Virus record (IMG/VR): IMGVR_UViG_3300045988_122191
Coordinates: 44,922 to 108,921 of that record
Source: a virus
DNA length: 64,000 nt
Reading direction: 5' to 3' (one strand)
This document shows, one piece after another, positions 43,847 to 53,687 of this stretch. Position numbers and translations under genes: made by a program. The notes beneath the pieces are model-generated. The model was given only the letters and a program-made list of their open reading frames with translations, had not been told where the DNA came from and did not search any database. Position 1 is the first letter of the stretch; each line of letters begins with the position of its first letter.

Positions 43847-45880
43847 TCATTCCTCCACTATGTAATTATTTAAAAATCCTTCTTCTGAAAGAATCGGGAT
43901 TCCCATGCTAACAGCTTTCTTGAGTTTCGAGCTTCCGCCCTGCGGATCATTGCAAACCAGACAAGTCGTGTCTTTTGTCACACTTAACGACACGCTCCAG
44001 CCCGCACCTTTTGCAACCTCCTCGAACTCTTTTCTTGACTTAAACGTCTTCAGTTTGCCAGTCACGCAAACCGTCATTCCTGCGTTCTTCTTGTTTTCCC
44101 TAACAGTAATAGCTAAATAGCAACTCAACGACGTAATCTCCTCAGAATGTCTTTTGACATAGTCGTTAATCCCATCACTGGTTTTTGCGCCAACCCCATT
44201 GAGATTGCTCCAATCCGCATCAGTATTTGCCATATCGCACAACGTCTCAGCAAACGAGCACTCGCCCATTACTTCAAAGATTGCCTCAGCTATAACCGGT
44301 GCAGAGGATTTCCCTACGCCAGGAATTCCTATTGCAACAATAAAGTTTTCTGCCGCACAAGTCTTGCTTTTCTCTATCGCGGCCAGCAGCTTGTCCACGC
44401 TGGCGTCACCAAACCCGTCGAGCTGCTTCATATCATCACAATATCTGTCGAGCTGGTAAACATCAGCAAGATTCTTCAACCATCCGTTGTTGACGAAAAG
44501 CTTGATGCGCTCCGTAGACAGGCCATCAATATTCATCCCTTGCCTAGACACGAAGTTTGAAATCCTGTCTACCAAAACCGCAGGACAATTATCGTTACTA
44601 CACTCAAGACGCTGAGCTTCGTTACTTGATACAACTCTAGCGGCTTCCCCGCAGACCGGACAGTGTTCCGGAATTGAATACGTGTCACTCTGAGTAAGGT
44701 TACGAACAACCATCGGGATGATTTGATTAGCCTTGATGACTTCAATTTCGTCGCCAATCCCAAGCTTTAGCTTTTTAATCTGGCTTACATTAGAAAGGCT
44801 CGCCCTGCTTACAGTCGTGCCATCAATTTCTACAGGGTCGAACACAGCGACTGGGTTGATCGTGCCGGTCCTCGTAGTATTCCACTCAATGCTTCTAAGC
44901 GTTGTCAGATTTCTCTCCTGATAGAACTTAAAGGCGAAGCTATGATTTGGGTGGTGAGAAGTCTCGCCTAGCGACCGCCCATATTTCTGATCGCAGAATG
45001 TTCCGACCACTCCGTCGATTGGGTATGGCGTACGCTTCATTGTCTCCATGGTACGGCTCACAAATTCCTTGACGTTAGCACCGCCCTTACCGGAAGAAGG
45101 GACAGGCACAATCCGAGCGGTCGTAAACCCTAGGTCGCTCAGCACCTGCATGGCGTCTCGAAAATCTTTATCTTGAAATCCAGGTGTAGAATTTCGCCAC
45201 GCTATGAAACTGACATTTCGTCTACACAAAACAGCACTGTCTAGCTGTCTGACAGTTCCACTCACAAGGTTGCGGGGGTTCTTATAGCAGGTGTTTTCGG
45301 CATTTTTGATTTTTTCAAAATCTTCATAGCTGATCACTGCTTCCCCATCTACATACAGCTTGCCTTGATATGGAATGGTTAACGGGATATTAGTGAACTC
45401 TTTTGCGTTATGAGTGATATCCTCGCCGACAGTACCATCTCCTCGTGTCTCGGCGCGTTTAAGGACGCCATGTTCGTATGTAAGAGCGCAAGTAATACCA
45501 TCTAGTTTCGGCATCAATACGAACTCATGCTGATTAAAATACGCAACAAACTCATCTAGCCCGGTCGTCTTAGCGAGGGACAGTAACTTGTGTGTATGCG
45601 TTACCTTTCTCAGATCACTAACCACTTTGCTACCAACAGTTCTTGTCGGAGAGCTTGAGTATGTAATACCTGTTTCTTTTTCAAGCCACGCTAACGCATC
45701 TACAAACTTGTCAAACTCCCTGTCGCTTACTACATTTTCGCCACCATTAAAATAGCTATCGTTGAGACAATTTATAAAATATATTAGCTCTTGCATGAGT
45801 TCGATGTCGTTAAGACGCTGCTGCTCTTTATCAAGTAATATCGGCTTATACATTGACATAAGCACAAACCCCAATTGCAA
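43847..45880 (-). CDS. ligA: NAD-dependent DNA ligase
   Basis: Adenylation motif PKLDGI, OB domain, zinc finger CPVCG...CSNDNCP, HhH region and C-terminal BRCT. 677 aa. Confidence 0.9.
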   Translation of the reverse strand: MQLGFVLMSMYKPILLDKEQQRLNDIELMQELIYFINCLNDSYFNGGENVVSDREFDKFVDALAWLEKETGITYSSSPTRTVGSKVVSDLRKVTHTHKLLSLAKTTGLDEFVAYFNQHEFVLMPKLDGITCALTYEHGVLKRAETRGDGTVGEDITHNAKEFTNIPLTIPYQGKLYVDGEAVISYEDFEKIKNAENTCYKNPRNLVSGTVRQLDSAVLCRRNVSFIAWRNSTPGFQDKDFRDAMQVLSDLGFTTARIVPVPSSGKGGANVKEFVSRTMETMKRTPYPIDGVVGTFCDQKYGRSLGETSHHPNHSFAFKFYQERNLTTLRSIEWNTTRTGTINPVAVFDPVEIDGTTVSRASLSNVSQIKKLKLGIGDEIEVIKANQIIPMVVRNLTQSDTYSIPEHCPVCGEAARVVSSNEAQRLECSNDNCPAVLVDRISNFVSRQGMNIDGLSTERIKLFVNNGWLKNLADVYQLDRYCDDMKQLDGFGDASVDKLLAAIEKSKTCAAENFIVAIGIPGVGKSSAPVIAEAIFEVMGECSFAETLCDMANTDADWSNLNGVGAKTSDGINDYVKRHSEEITSLSCYLAITVRENKKNAGMTVCVTGKLKTFKSRKEFEEVAKGAGWSVSLSVTKDTTCLVCNDPQGGSSKLKKAVSMGIPILSEEGFLNNYIVEE

Positions 45881-45946
45881 ACATAAGCAGATAGAACAGC
45901 CCCCAAAGAGATTCTATTACAACATCTAAAATCTTACACAACTTTC

Positions 45947-46147
45947 TCATTTCTTCGTCCCGCCTTTCAGCAACTCCTTCAGCTTTCTAGAGATGACGTA
46001 CCACAAGAAAATTGCCCCAGCTGGCATAAGAATCACCACAGTAACAGTCGCAAACAATTCCGAAACATACTGCCCCAAAAGAAAGAGGACGGCAATGATC
46101 AACGCTAACGTGATCGCCGTCCAAACTCCAACAATTTTTTCTTTCAT
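45947..46147 (-). CDS. small membrane protein
   Basis: 66 aa with two hydrophobic helices. Confidence 0.35.
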   Translation of the reverse strand: MKEKIVGVWTAITLALIIAVLFLLGQYVSELFATVTVVILMPAGAIFLWYVISRKLKELLKGGTKK

Positions 46148-46156
46148 ATGTCCTCC

Positions 46157-46510
46157 TTAGCAAGCAATCTTACTAACCTCGATTGCTGTTGTACGGATAA
46201 ATTTTTTCAGTGTTATATCTCCGGTTCTATAGAAGTCCTCATCCGGAAACAGATCGTACAGATACTGAATTGGCTGCTTTACATCCAGCATACTTACTAC
46301 GTTCCTTTGCATAGCTTTTTCTACAGACTTGAATGACGCCCCGTATTTACACCCAAGATCCATGATGAGTTCTTTCAGTTCAAACCCGTAGAAATCCTTC
46401 TCCTCTGCTACCGCACATATCGCATCCTGCAGGTATCCAGCTCCACGCTGCGAAAACCTGCAACCTAAAGCTTGTAGTAGGTCTGCCGTTACAGCACGTA
46501 CTTTATTCAC
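46157..46510 (-). CDS. stand-alone Spo0A C-terminal (DNA-binding) domain homologue
   Basis: Aligns with Spo0A-C over VTADLLQALG....GAGYLQDAICAV (hIGxxxxxKGYxYLxxAI) and ...YGASFKSVEKAMQRNV (the NTTASRVERAIRHAI recognition helix). No receiver domain. Confidence 0.55.
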   Translation of the reverse strand: MNKVRAVTADLLQALGCRFSQRGAGYLQDAICAVAEEKDFYGFELKELIMDLGCKYGASFKSVEKAMQRNVVSMLDVKQPIQYLYDLFPDEDFYRTGDITLKKFIRTTAIEVSKIAC

Positions 46511-46522
46511 TTACCCAGCTCC

Positions 46523-46789
46523 TTAGCGAGCTACAGACACCTGCCGCCCATCGGAGCAAGCATCGCGACACTCTTCACACTTTACACAGTCCTCTTTTAG
46601 CCACACATTAAAAAGTGTGCATTTTGGCACATGATATTCTGTCGGAGCTTTCTTACCGTGCGTGCGATTTCTTCGTCTATGATATTTACACACATACTTC
46701 CCATAAAAGTCTCCACCGTAAGTGCAGTTATTTTCGTCTGGTGACACATTATGTTCAACTGTAATTCTCGTCATTGTTTCAAAATTCAT
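46523..46789 (-). CDS. Cys-rich hypothetical protein
   Basis: Start moved to an internal Met (MNFETMTR). CVKCEECRDAC cluster. Confidence 0.3.
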   Translation of the reverse strand: MNFETMTRITVEHNVSPDENNCTYGGDFYGKYVCKYHRRRNRTHGKKAPTEYHVPKCTLFNVWLKEDCVKCEECRDACSDGRQVSVAR

Positions 46790-46987
46790 TATTAACCTCA
46801 TCCATGTCTTTAAATTCAAGCACAATCTAAACAAACAGATCAATCGCCGAGAGCACGGTGGAGGCAATGAAGAGAAAGCTTCCTACAAAGAACCTCTTAC
46901 TGCGACTAGCAAGCTCCTCGCTATAGCCGCTTGCAAACGCAGCAATAGTAATAAGGTCCAATATGTCTATAATAAAATGTAAAGTGC

Positions 46988-47269
46988 TCACTCTAATTTC
47001 TCACCTCCATCAGCTACTCTTATAACCTCCAGTAGTTCAATATATTTCTTTACATACATCGCCAAACCGTTTACATAGTCATCAAAAAACCTCATTCCAT
47101 ACGACTCGAAACCCCAGCAACTCTCTTTTAAATCCCAGTAGATTCTGGCGATCGCATAACAGTGACCGTCACCAAACCATTTCACCAGTTCATAATCTCT
47201 TGTCTCTTGGTTGGCAGAATGAATGATTGGCCTGATCTCAAATTCTTTAAACCGCATCTTCTTCTCCAC
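46988..47269 (-). CDS. hypothetical protein
   Basis: 93-aa ORF. Confidence 0.35.
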   Translation of the reverse strand: MEKKMRFKEFEIRPIIHSANQETRDYELVKWFGDGHCYAIARIYWDLKESCWGFESYGMRFFDDYVNGLAMYVKKYIELLEVIRVADGGEKLE

Positions 47270-47561
47270 GTCTATTCATATACGCAACGACCGCATCATT
47301 CCAATTCCGTTTTGCCTGCTTAGCAGTCTCTGCGGGTGCTCCCTCGAAAGTGCAGGTCTTTCGGGTGCCTCTCACGCAAAACTGATCGTCAGACTCAGCT
47401 TGCCAATTTCTGCAGCGTCTAATGTACTTACCACCACCAAACCACTCGCTGGTAGTTTTGCTGCCGCACACGGGGCACGGCAGCAGCTTAATACTTTCTG
47501 GTTTCTTCGTGAGGTTATAACCCAACTTGTCAGCTTCAGTTCTCAGTTCTTCAACAGTCAT
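47247..47561 (-). CDS. Lar-family restriction alleviation-like protein
   Basis: Lar-type N-terminal zinc motif LLPCPVCGS and C-terminal AKQAKRNWNDAVVAYMNRR (cf. ...EAIAAWNRR). Confidence 0.5.
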   Translation of the reverse strand: MTVEELRTEADKLGYNLTKKPESIKLLPCPVCGSKTTSEWFGGGKYIRRCRNWQAESDDQFCVRGTRKTCTFEGAPAETAKQAKRNWNDAVVAYMNRRGEEDAV

Positions 47562-47770
47562 TATGTACTCCTTTACAAATCTGTGTCGCCATATTTACAT
47601 GCCAGTTAAATCAAATCCGGCATGGCAAAACCCATAGGTATCAGACAGAAAATCTGAAACCTCATCTACATCCGTCATACCCTCCGGGATCTCAACAGAT
47701 TGCGGCAGTTGGCTTAGAAGCTCTTTATCGCCATCTGTGTCCCACTTAATGTTTGTTGCAATCATGAGAT

Positions 47771-47989
47771 TTACTCCTTCAGCTCAAAGCTTCCTTCCGG
47801 ATAAAAGTCGGTGCTGACATTGATGTACGGTTCCGCATCTAGATCGTCAACATAGCAAGTAACGATAACGCCTTTCGAGTATTTGTAATTGCCAATAATA
47901 CTCTCCGCGTTGTCGATCAAAGACTGCCCACACTTTTTAATAGCATGAATCTTCCTTTCGTTATCCCAGATATTAAATTCTGTCGCCAT
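47771..47989 (-). CDS. hypothetical protein
   Basis: 72-aa ORF. Confidence 0.3.
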   Translation of the reverse strand: MATEFNIWDNERKIHAIKKCGQSLIDNAESIIGNYKYSKGVIVTCYVDDLDAEPYINVSTDFYPEGSFELKE

Positions 47990-48015
47990 ATGTATCCCTC
48001 CATGAAAACAGTAGT

Positions 48016-48264
48016 TTAAATTTTGATGCCTCTCTTATCCAGCTCTGCCTTGAATACAGCTAACCAATACTCGTTCTCTAATATCCCCTGTTTAAGCATG
48101 TAGTAACAGTTCTGAATATGAGCATCGGTCATGCTCCCGACCGTGAGTTTCTTTCCGTTTTTAGTAATCCAAATTACGTTTGATGGGTTGCCAGCATATA
48201 TTAGGTTTCGTTCCGGAAACGCCGCATCATCGCTCCATATATTGATAAAATCATGCCGTGTCAC
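48016..48264 (-). CDS. hypothetical protein
   Basis: 82-aa ORF. Confidence 0.3.
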   Translation of the reverse strand: MTRHDFINIWSDDAAFPERNLIYAGNPSNVIWITKNGKKLTVGSMTDAHIQNCYYMLKQGILENEYWLAVFKAELDKRGIKI

Positions 48265-48270
48265 CTGTCC

Positions 48271-48528
48271 TCACCTCCACTCTTTTTTCGGCAGCGGAGG
48301 TAAACCTTTTCCGGCCTTGATGTCGTCCATCAAATCACGACTGCCACTCTGAGGCTTCACATCATCCCTTTCATACACAACAATTACTCCGTGCTTCGGT
48401 GTTGCTGCCATCGTGACCACTCTGTAATCGTCCCAAGTCATTTCGCGCATTTCACCACTTGCTGTGATTACGTCTTCATAAAGCCTTACGATTTGTCTAG
48501 ACACTATCTTTGTCTCCTTTAAACCCAA
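48271..48528 (-). CDS. hypothetical protein
   Basis: 85-aa ORF. Confidence 0.3.
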   Translation of the reverse strand: MGLKETKIVSRQIVRLYEDVITASGEMREMTWDDYRVVTMAATPKHGVIVVYERDDVKPQSGSRDLMDDIKAGKGLPPLPKKEWR

Positions 48529-48833
48529 ACAATATCTTCGTATTTCCCCATATAAAAATTACGGACTGCTCTGTCAATCATTCTCTTGTCTTTTTCCTTG
48601 TTGCACCAGAGCCTACCAACTCTTTTCACACAAGTGGCTTCGTCCGGCATCCATGACAGTACGGTGCCGTCCGTAAATTCCGTAAATGCCATATGTTCAT
48701 GTCGCCTGTATCTGTGCCTCACTTCTTTGCCGCAGGTCTGTTCGATCTTATCCATTAAGGCACAGCCAGATTCATAATCGAACCCGATAACAGCCCAGTA
48801 TTTTCTAAACATGATTCCCTCCGTAAAAATCAT
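48519..48833 (-). CDS. hypothetical protein
   Basis: 104-aa ORF overlapping its neighbours by a few nt (operon packing). Confidence 0.35.
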   Translation of the reverse strand: MIFTEGIMFRKYWAVIGFDYESGCALMDKIEQTCGKEVRHRYRRHEHMAFTEFTDGTVLSWMPDEATCVKRVGRLWCNKEKDKRMIDRAVRNFYMGKYEDIVWV

Positions 48834-49371
48834 AGTACCGATATAGGCTGCTCACATCTTTATTTCTTACCGGAGACCCATCGTAAAACACGTACGCATG
48901 TTTAACACCCTCGCCTACACAACGCATATAATCTGTCACGGCATTCAACGTCTTCCCGCTATAGTAGCTATCGTCAAGGAATATGAACTCTTTCCCCTGC
49001 GAGAACTCGCAGCAATGCCCTTTTGAAGCCAGTTTTGTGGGGTCCTCTCTCAGGCCGCCCGGCAATAAAAATAGATTGATGTTATCTGGAATTTCCCCAG
49101 CACACTGCAATTCGGCATACCTGTCACCTATCTCACCACTAACAACCACGTCATAAACGCCTGACCTGTCAGTAACATACTTTATGTACTCCGCAAGCAG
49201 CTTGGGCTGCTTCTTCACTTCAGCATCAAGTCTTGTGAAGTAAGATCTCCCCCCACTTTCTTCCGCCAGACATTTATTTACGATTAGTCTCATCCACACT
49301 TCAAGAAAAATCCTTGTGTGCATTTCACTCATGAGTTTACTTACAAGTAAATCAATTTCTCTATATAGCAT
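48805..49371 (-). CDS. type I phosphoribosyltransferase-fold protein (Hpt/Apt-like)
   Basis: PRPP-binding-like motif EFIFLDDSYYSGKTLNA, preceded by a YDVVVSGEIGDRYA flexible-loop region. Confidence 0.4.
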   Translation of the reverse strand: MLYREIDLLVSKLMSEMHTRIFLEVWMRLIVNKCLAEESGGRSYFTRLDAEVKKQPKLLAEYIKYVTDRSGVYDVVVSGEIGDRYAELQCAGEIPDNINLFLLPGGLREDPTKLASKGHCCEFSQGKEFIFLDDSYYSGKTLNAVTDYMRCVGEGVKHAYVFYDGSPVRNKDVSSLYRYYDFYGGNHV

Positions 49372-49446
49372 CTCTCCGCTCCTTTGAAAATAGGAATCTT
49401 CTCAATTACTTCCCATGTAGTTCTTCCGTCTGGCATCAGCTCATCC

Positions 49447-50211
49447 TCAGCATGAGTTTTCCATTCGTGCTCGCTGACCTGATACATCTTTACACAGCAA
49501 ACTACCTCTCCTCTGACACATAGGAAGATCATTCCAGTTGATACCCCTCTCCGCCATCAGCATGTCCAAGATATCGCTACAAGACTTATGGTCTAATTCA
49601 CGATGGCTGAAATTTGCCCTGCCAACCATCTGGACGCTGTTCCTGATGGCGTCCAACTGTCTCCAATAAATAAGATTTGCCACATCTTCTTTGGGGATAT
49701 TAAACACTCTTGCATCAAACATAGCCCCTCTATCTTCTGCACGACTATAAGTCCAACTCAACTTCAGCAAATCCTTATCGACAGGATCATTTGTGCCGCC
49801 TTCATCCCAGTACGGGAACCTCTCTCTGCCCCACTCGTCTCGACGCTTTGCAAATGCTTTGTTAAACGCCAGGGTAGCCATACTCGCTGCCACGCTGCAC
49901 ATTTTCTGCACCTCATAACCAAACCAAGCAGCAGAATTAAGATTCTTATAGTCTACAAGAATTAACGTGATTTCATCGGATTGAGTGTAGCCAAACACCA
50001 CACCCTGGATGTTCTCACAGAGATACTTCATTGTATCTTGCATTGATTTGATCAGCACATCATCAAAAGGCTTTTGAAAACCTTTTGTGAAAGTGTGAAA
50101 CGCTTTACCATCCAGTCTGATCGCAACCGGCGTTCTTCGCATTAGCTTTGTCTTCGGAATGCTTTCGTAGTACGCTTTCATTCTGTCGCCGAGCGCATCT
50201 TTTACCGACAT
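49447..50211 (-). CDS. Thg1-like protein (tRNA 3'-5' nucleotidyltransferase / tRNA-His guanylyltransferase family)
   Basis: N-terminal Thg1 core RLDGKAFHTFTKGF...VVFGYTQSDEITLIL, with the palm carboxylates. Start chosen at M11, 6 nt after GAGGTG. Confidence 0.6.
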   Translation of the reverse strand: MSVKDALGDRMKAYYESIPKTKLMRRTPVAIRLDGKAFHTFTKGFQKPFDDVLIKSMQDTMKYLCENIQGVVFGYTQSDEITLILVDYKNLNSAAWFGYEVQKMCSVAASMATLAFNKAFAKRRDEWGRERFPYWDEGGTNDPVDKDLLKLSWTYSRAEDRGAMFDARVFNIPKEDVANLIYWRQLDAIRNSVQMVGRANFSHRELDHKSCSDILDMLMAERGINWNDLPMCQRRGSLLCKDVSGQRARMENSC

Positions 50212-50227
50212 AATATTCACCTCGTCT

Positions 50228-50458
50228 TTACCTATCTTCACTAGTCTTTCTACGCATTACCAACTCAAACTCTGTGCTTGGATATGTAATAGAGTATTCT
50301 TCATTGCCATTCATATTTCCAATAAACCATTCAAATACAGCCGCAATAGCTTTATCAGTTACATCTTCCTTCTTTCCAGTCCACATTTGTTTTTCTGGAT
50401 TTTGTGTTCCAAAATAAATAGTATTTGTAATTGGGCTAACTCCAAATCCTTTCGCCAT
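50228..50458 (-). CDS. hypothetical protein
   Basis: 76-aa ORF. Confidence 0.3.
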   Translation of the reverse strand: MAKGFGVSPITNTIYFGTQNPEKQMWTGKKEDVTDKAIAAVFEWFIGNMNGNEEYSITYPSTEFELVMRRKTSEDR

Positions 50459-50481
50459 AGCTTATACCTCACTTATACCTT

Positions 50482-50718
50482 TCAATCCCTTACAAAAACC
50501 TGGCCACATTTTTTACAATAACAAAGAGTCTTTTTCTTATATCCTCTATCCCAAGACCAAACGACAGAATCTTTGATATCATAATCAGCGTCGCAGCAGT
50601 ATGATAACTTTGCAAACTCATGCTCGCATTTTCCATTCTTGACATTCATAATTTCTATCTGCTTTCTGATCTCTTCAACTTCTTTTAAAATCCTTGCAAT
50701 AATATATGTTTTTCTCAT
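50482..50718 (-). CDS. small zinc-ribbon protein
   Basis: CEHEF...CYCKKCG pattern. Confidence 0.3.
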   Translation of the reverse strand: MRKTYIIARILKEVEEIRKQIEIMNVKNGKCEHEFAKLSYCCDADYDIKDSVVWSWDRGYKKKTLCYCKKCGQVFVRD

Positions 50719-50829
50719 GGGTTATCCTTTTTAACTATCGACTCATCTCCGACCTGACACATAGTCTACTACCACAGCTACAGCCAGCTACCATGTCTAC
50801 TGCTAAAGTTTTTTATATCCAGCGTCTCA

Positions 50830-51045
50830 TCAATCAGTTTCAAATCCAATCGTACGAATATAATGTTCTTTAGAACATAAATCAAGACCCAGTTGTTCTT
50901 TAATAATATATCTGTCCCAAAGACAACAAGTTACACATTCTTCATTTACTTCTGACACAAATCCTATAGGTATATTATTAATAGTCACAGGAATATTTAC
51001 AGCACTTTCTCCATAAGAACCGTCATTTTTAAAATATACTTCCAT
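50830..51045 (-). CDS. hypothetical protein
   Basis: 71-aa ORF in the AT-rich block. Confidence 0.3.
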   Translation of the reverse strand: MEVYFKNDGSYGESAVNIPVTINNIPIGFVSEVNEECVTCCLWDRYIIKEQLGLDLCSKEHYIRTIGFETD

Positions 51046-51168
51046 TATTCTTTTCCTTTCATTTTCTCAAACATCAACATTCCAAAATAAATTTCAAACA
51101 AAGTTCTTGCCATAGAAAATCCACAATGACGAACTGGAACACTAATTGGCACACTAAAACCATGCTTT

Positions 51169-52062
51169 TTAATAGTTGCTCAAAATCTTTTGAAACATTC
51201 CATCAATACTGTCCATAATTGGGTACCTCTCAGTTGCCAAAGAATTCTTGCCAAAAGTTCCATCCACCATATCAATATAAAAAGTATAATTCCCGTCATC
51301 GCCCATATAGAATTCCTCCCACTGTTCTTTGGGTAAATGCTCTTGTACATGGAACTGCTTAATTGCAAGATTGTCAAAACTTACAACCTTAAACCAACTC
51401 TTATCAATAATTTCAGGGAACAAATATTTATCCAAATCTTCTTGCAAAGCATTTACAATCTCATCATTCTGCTCATAGTAACTTTCTCCACGACGAAGAT
51501 TCTTATAGCCAAGGATAAGAACTTTAAGATTATGCCCTGCAAGACGCGATAAGTCATACACAGATACCATACCATTAATCACATGAATGACGGCATTAGG
51601 AAGTTGAGTAATCATGTTAATAAATTTATCCGTAGGTTCTTTCAGAGATACACCGAGGCCATAAATTAAACCATCATCAATCCACTCTTTGATAACATTG
51701 AAATGTTTTTCAAAATGAATCTGATTAACAGTCATATTCAGAATGATTTTCTTATCTCTCATCTTATACATAAAAGGAACTAAATCAGGATGAGATAAAT
51801 CGTTCCCATTGATGGCAAGTTCGGTATAAGGATGTAGAGTATCTAAGAACTTATAATTCAAAATATCTCCATGTCTGCCGTTAGGAGTACACCCTTCATA
51901 GCAGAACGGACATCCACCATCACATTTATCAGTAATTTTAACATCACAGTTTTCCGCAAAAGAAGGAATAAATTCATTATCATTTGTCTCTCTAATCTTA
52001 GTACCGTCTGACAACAAAGTTACAACATAATCACCATTCTTATACTTACCAATAATATTCAT
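51169..52062 (-). CDS. radical SAM protein
   Basis: CX3CX2C as CDGGCPFC near residue 45. 297 aa, in the AT-rich block. Confidence 0.55.
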   Translation of the reverse strand: MNIIGKYKNGDYVVTLLSDGTKIRETNDNEFIPSFAENCDVKITDKCDGGCPFCYEGCTPNGRHGDILNYKFLDTLHPYTELAINGNDLSHPDLVPFMYKMRDKKIILNMTVNQIHFEKHFNVIKEWIDDGLIYGLGVSLKEPTDKFINMITQLPNAVIHVINGMVSVYDLSRLAGHNLKVLILGYKNLRRGESYYEQNDEIVNALQEDLDKYLFPEIIDKSWFKVVSFDNLAIKQFHVQEHLPKEQWEEFYMGDDGNYTFYIDMVDGTFGKNSLATERYPIMDSIDGMFQKILSNY

Positions 52063-52074
52063 TTTTAAATCTCC

Positions 52075-52371
52075 TTAATCATGTCCATAATAACCAAATG
52101 CGACAACTTCATCTCCGCCAGGAGTTGTATAATGCTGTTCAAATGTTTCAAGCCATCCATTTTTAAAAAATTCTCCATAAGTTTCAATACCTTCATCTGA
52201 AAAAATATTATTAACTTTATATTCATCGTCCCAATTCACATCAGAAAACCAGGGATTCTTTTTTAGTTCTTCAATAATTTCTTCTCTTGTGGCAAACTTT
52301 TCATCCTCTTCCCAAAATAGGACTTCTCCTTTTTCCCATTTATCGTATTCTTCATTAGAACACATTGTCAA
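52075..52371 (-). CDS. hypothetical acidic protein
   Basis: 98-aa ORF. Confidence 0.35.
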   Translation of the reverse strand: MTMCSNEEYDKWEKGEVLFWEEDEKFATREEIIEELKKNPWFSDVNWDDEYKVNNIFSDEGIETYGEFFKNGWLETFEQHYTTPGGDEVVAFGYYGHD

Positions 52372-52440
52372 ACTGTGTACAGAAGAGCTATTAGTTTCAA
52401 AACTCCTCGTCTAATTTGTTTCTTCATAAAATTTTCCTCT

Positions 52441-53094
52441 TTAATTTCTCTTATAAAAATAGTCGTAATTTTCAGAATCATGATACGGATTTAGTACTTC
52501 GACATATTCTCCGTGTTCATCTTCTGTCCAGCAATATTCATTTGCGATATTACATCCGCCAGGGTCATCATCTTGATTGTCGTTACCGGTATATACAGCA
52601 CTATCGCCAAATAAATATCTCATAAGTAAATCTTCGTCATTAAGAACCGCAAGAACAAATTCTCTGGTTTCATACGCATGGTCGATATATCCACAATCAA
52701 TACTAAGCCAAATATGTTTTCCGTCATTAGACTTTTCATATTTCGGTTTTTCAAATTTATATTTAATCGAATGATTGTTAAGAATATCTTTTAATTTATC
52801 AAGTAATTCGTCTCTATCATCCTGTTCAAGAATTGCTGTGTATAGATAGTTTGCTGTATCAACACAATCATTTTCCCAACCAAATTTTCCAATGCTAAAA
52901 CTAATATATTCACCAGCTACAACAGGCTTCTTTGGAATCGCAATGCTATGAGTGCTACTTGAATTAGTTTCAAATACACCACTTCTAATTTGTCTTTTCA
53001 TATGAATTTGTTCCTGTTCAATCTCCGAAATAGGGTTTTTATAATCATCATAAAAATTGTACACAAAACACCTCTTAAAATACTTTCTTCTCAA
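52441..53094 (-). CDS. hypothetical protein
   Basis: 217-aa ORF. Confidence 0.4.
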   Translation of the reverse strand: MRRKYFKRCFVYNFYDDYKNPISEIEQEQIHMKRQIRSGVFETNSSSTHSIAIPKKPVVAGEYISFSIGKFGWENDCVDTANYLYTAILEQDDRDELLDKLKDILNNHSIKYKFEKPKYEKSNDGKHIWLSIDCGYIDHAYETREFVLAVLNDEDLLMRYLFGDSAVYTGNDNQDDDPGGCNIANEYCWTEDEHGEYVEVLNPYHDSENYDYFYKRN

Positions 53095-53659
53095 TCAGTT
53101 TATTCAGTACGTCAGTTACATCTTTATTCGCCTGCGCTACCTTAACACAGTTGTTATTGATGATAATCTTGTACGCTTCACTCAACTCTTCTAGGTTCTT
53201 GATCTCAGATCTTCTTTCTTTAATCTGGGCATCTGCCTCATCAATCATTTTCCTATACATGTCAGACTCTTCCTGCACTTGCTTCTGAACATCCTCCAGA
53301 GTTGCCTTAGTAGAGTTCAATTTATCCAGCATTTTAGTTACATATGTATTGTTAAATTCATCACCTAAACCAAGGTCGATCTTGTAAAGAGTCACGACAA
53401 CCTTTTCTCGTTCGTCTACAAGGAGCACCCAAGTATCTTGCACATAAACGTCAATTACTTTGCCCTTGCCATCCTTCTGAGATTGTCTGCCTGAATAAAT
53501 ACAACTGCCGTATTCTATCATCTTGTTAATATCTGTCTTAATCTTATCTTCATTCAGAGAAACAAAACGAGCAGCGTCTGGCTTCTCCCTTTTACCCATA
53601 ACGCGTTCCGCGTAACGAGTTTTACAATGCGATGATACTTGATACTTTACATTTTCCAT
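53075..53659 (-). CDS. hypothetical protein (N-terminal alpha/beta domain plus C-terminal coiled coil)
   Basis: 194-aa ORF. Confidence 0.4.
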   Translation of the reverse strand: MENVKYQVSSHCKTRYAERVMGKREKPDAARFVSLNEDKIKTDINKMIEYGSCIYSGRQSQKDGKGKVIDVYVQDTWVLLVDEREKVVVTLYKIDLGLGDEFNNTYVTKMLDKLNSTKATLEDVQKQVQEESDMYRKMIDEADAQIKERRSEIKNLEELSEAYKIIINNNCVKVAQANKDVTDVLNKLIEKKVF

Positions 53660-53687
53660 GTACTATCCTCAAACCTTATTTTAATTT

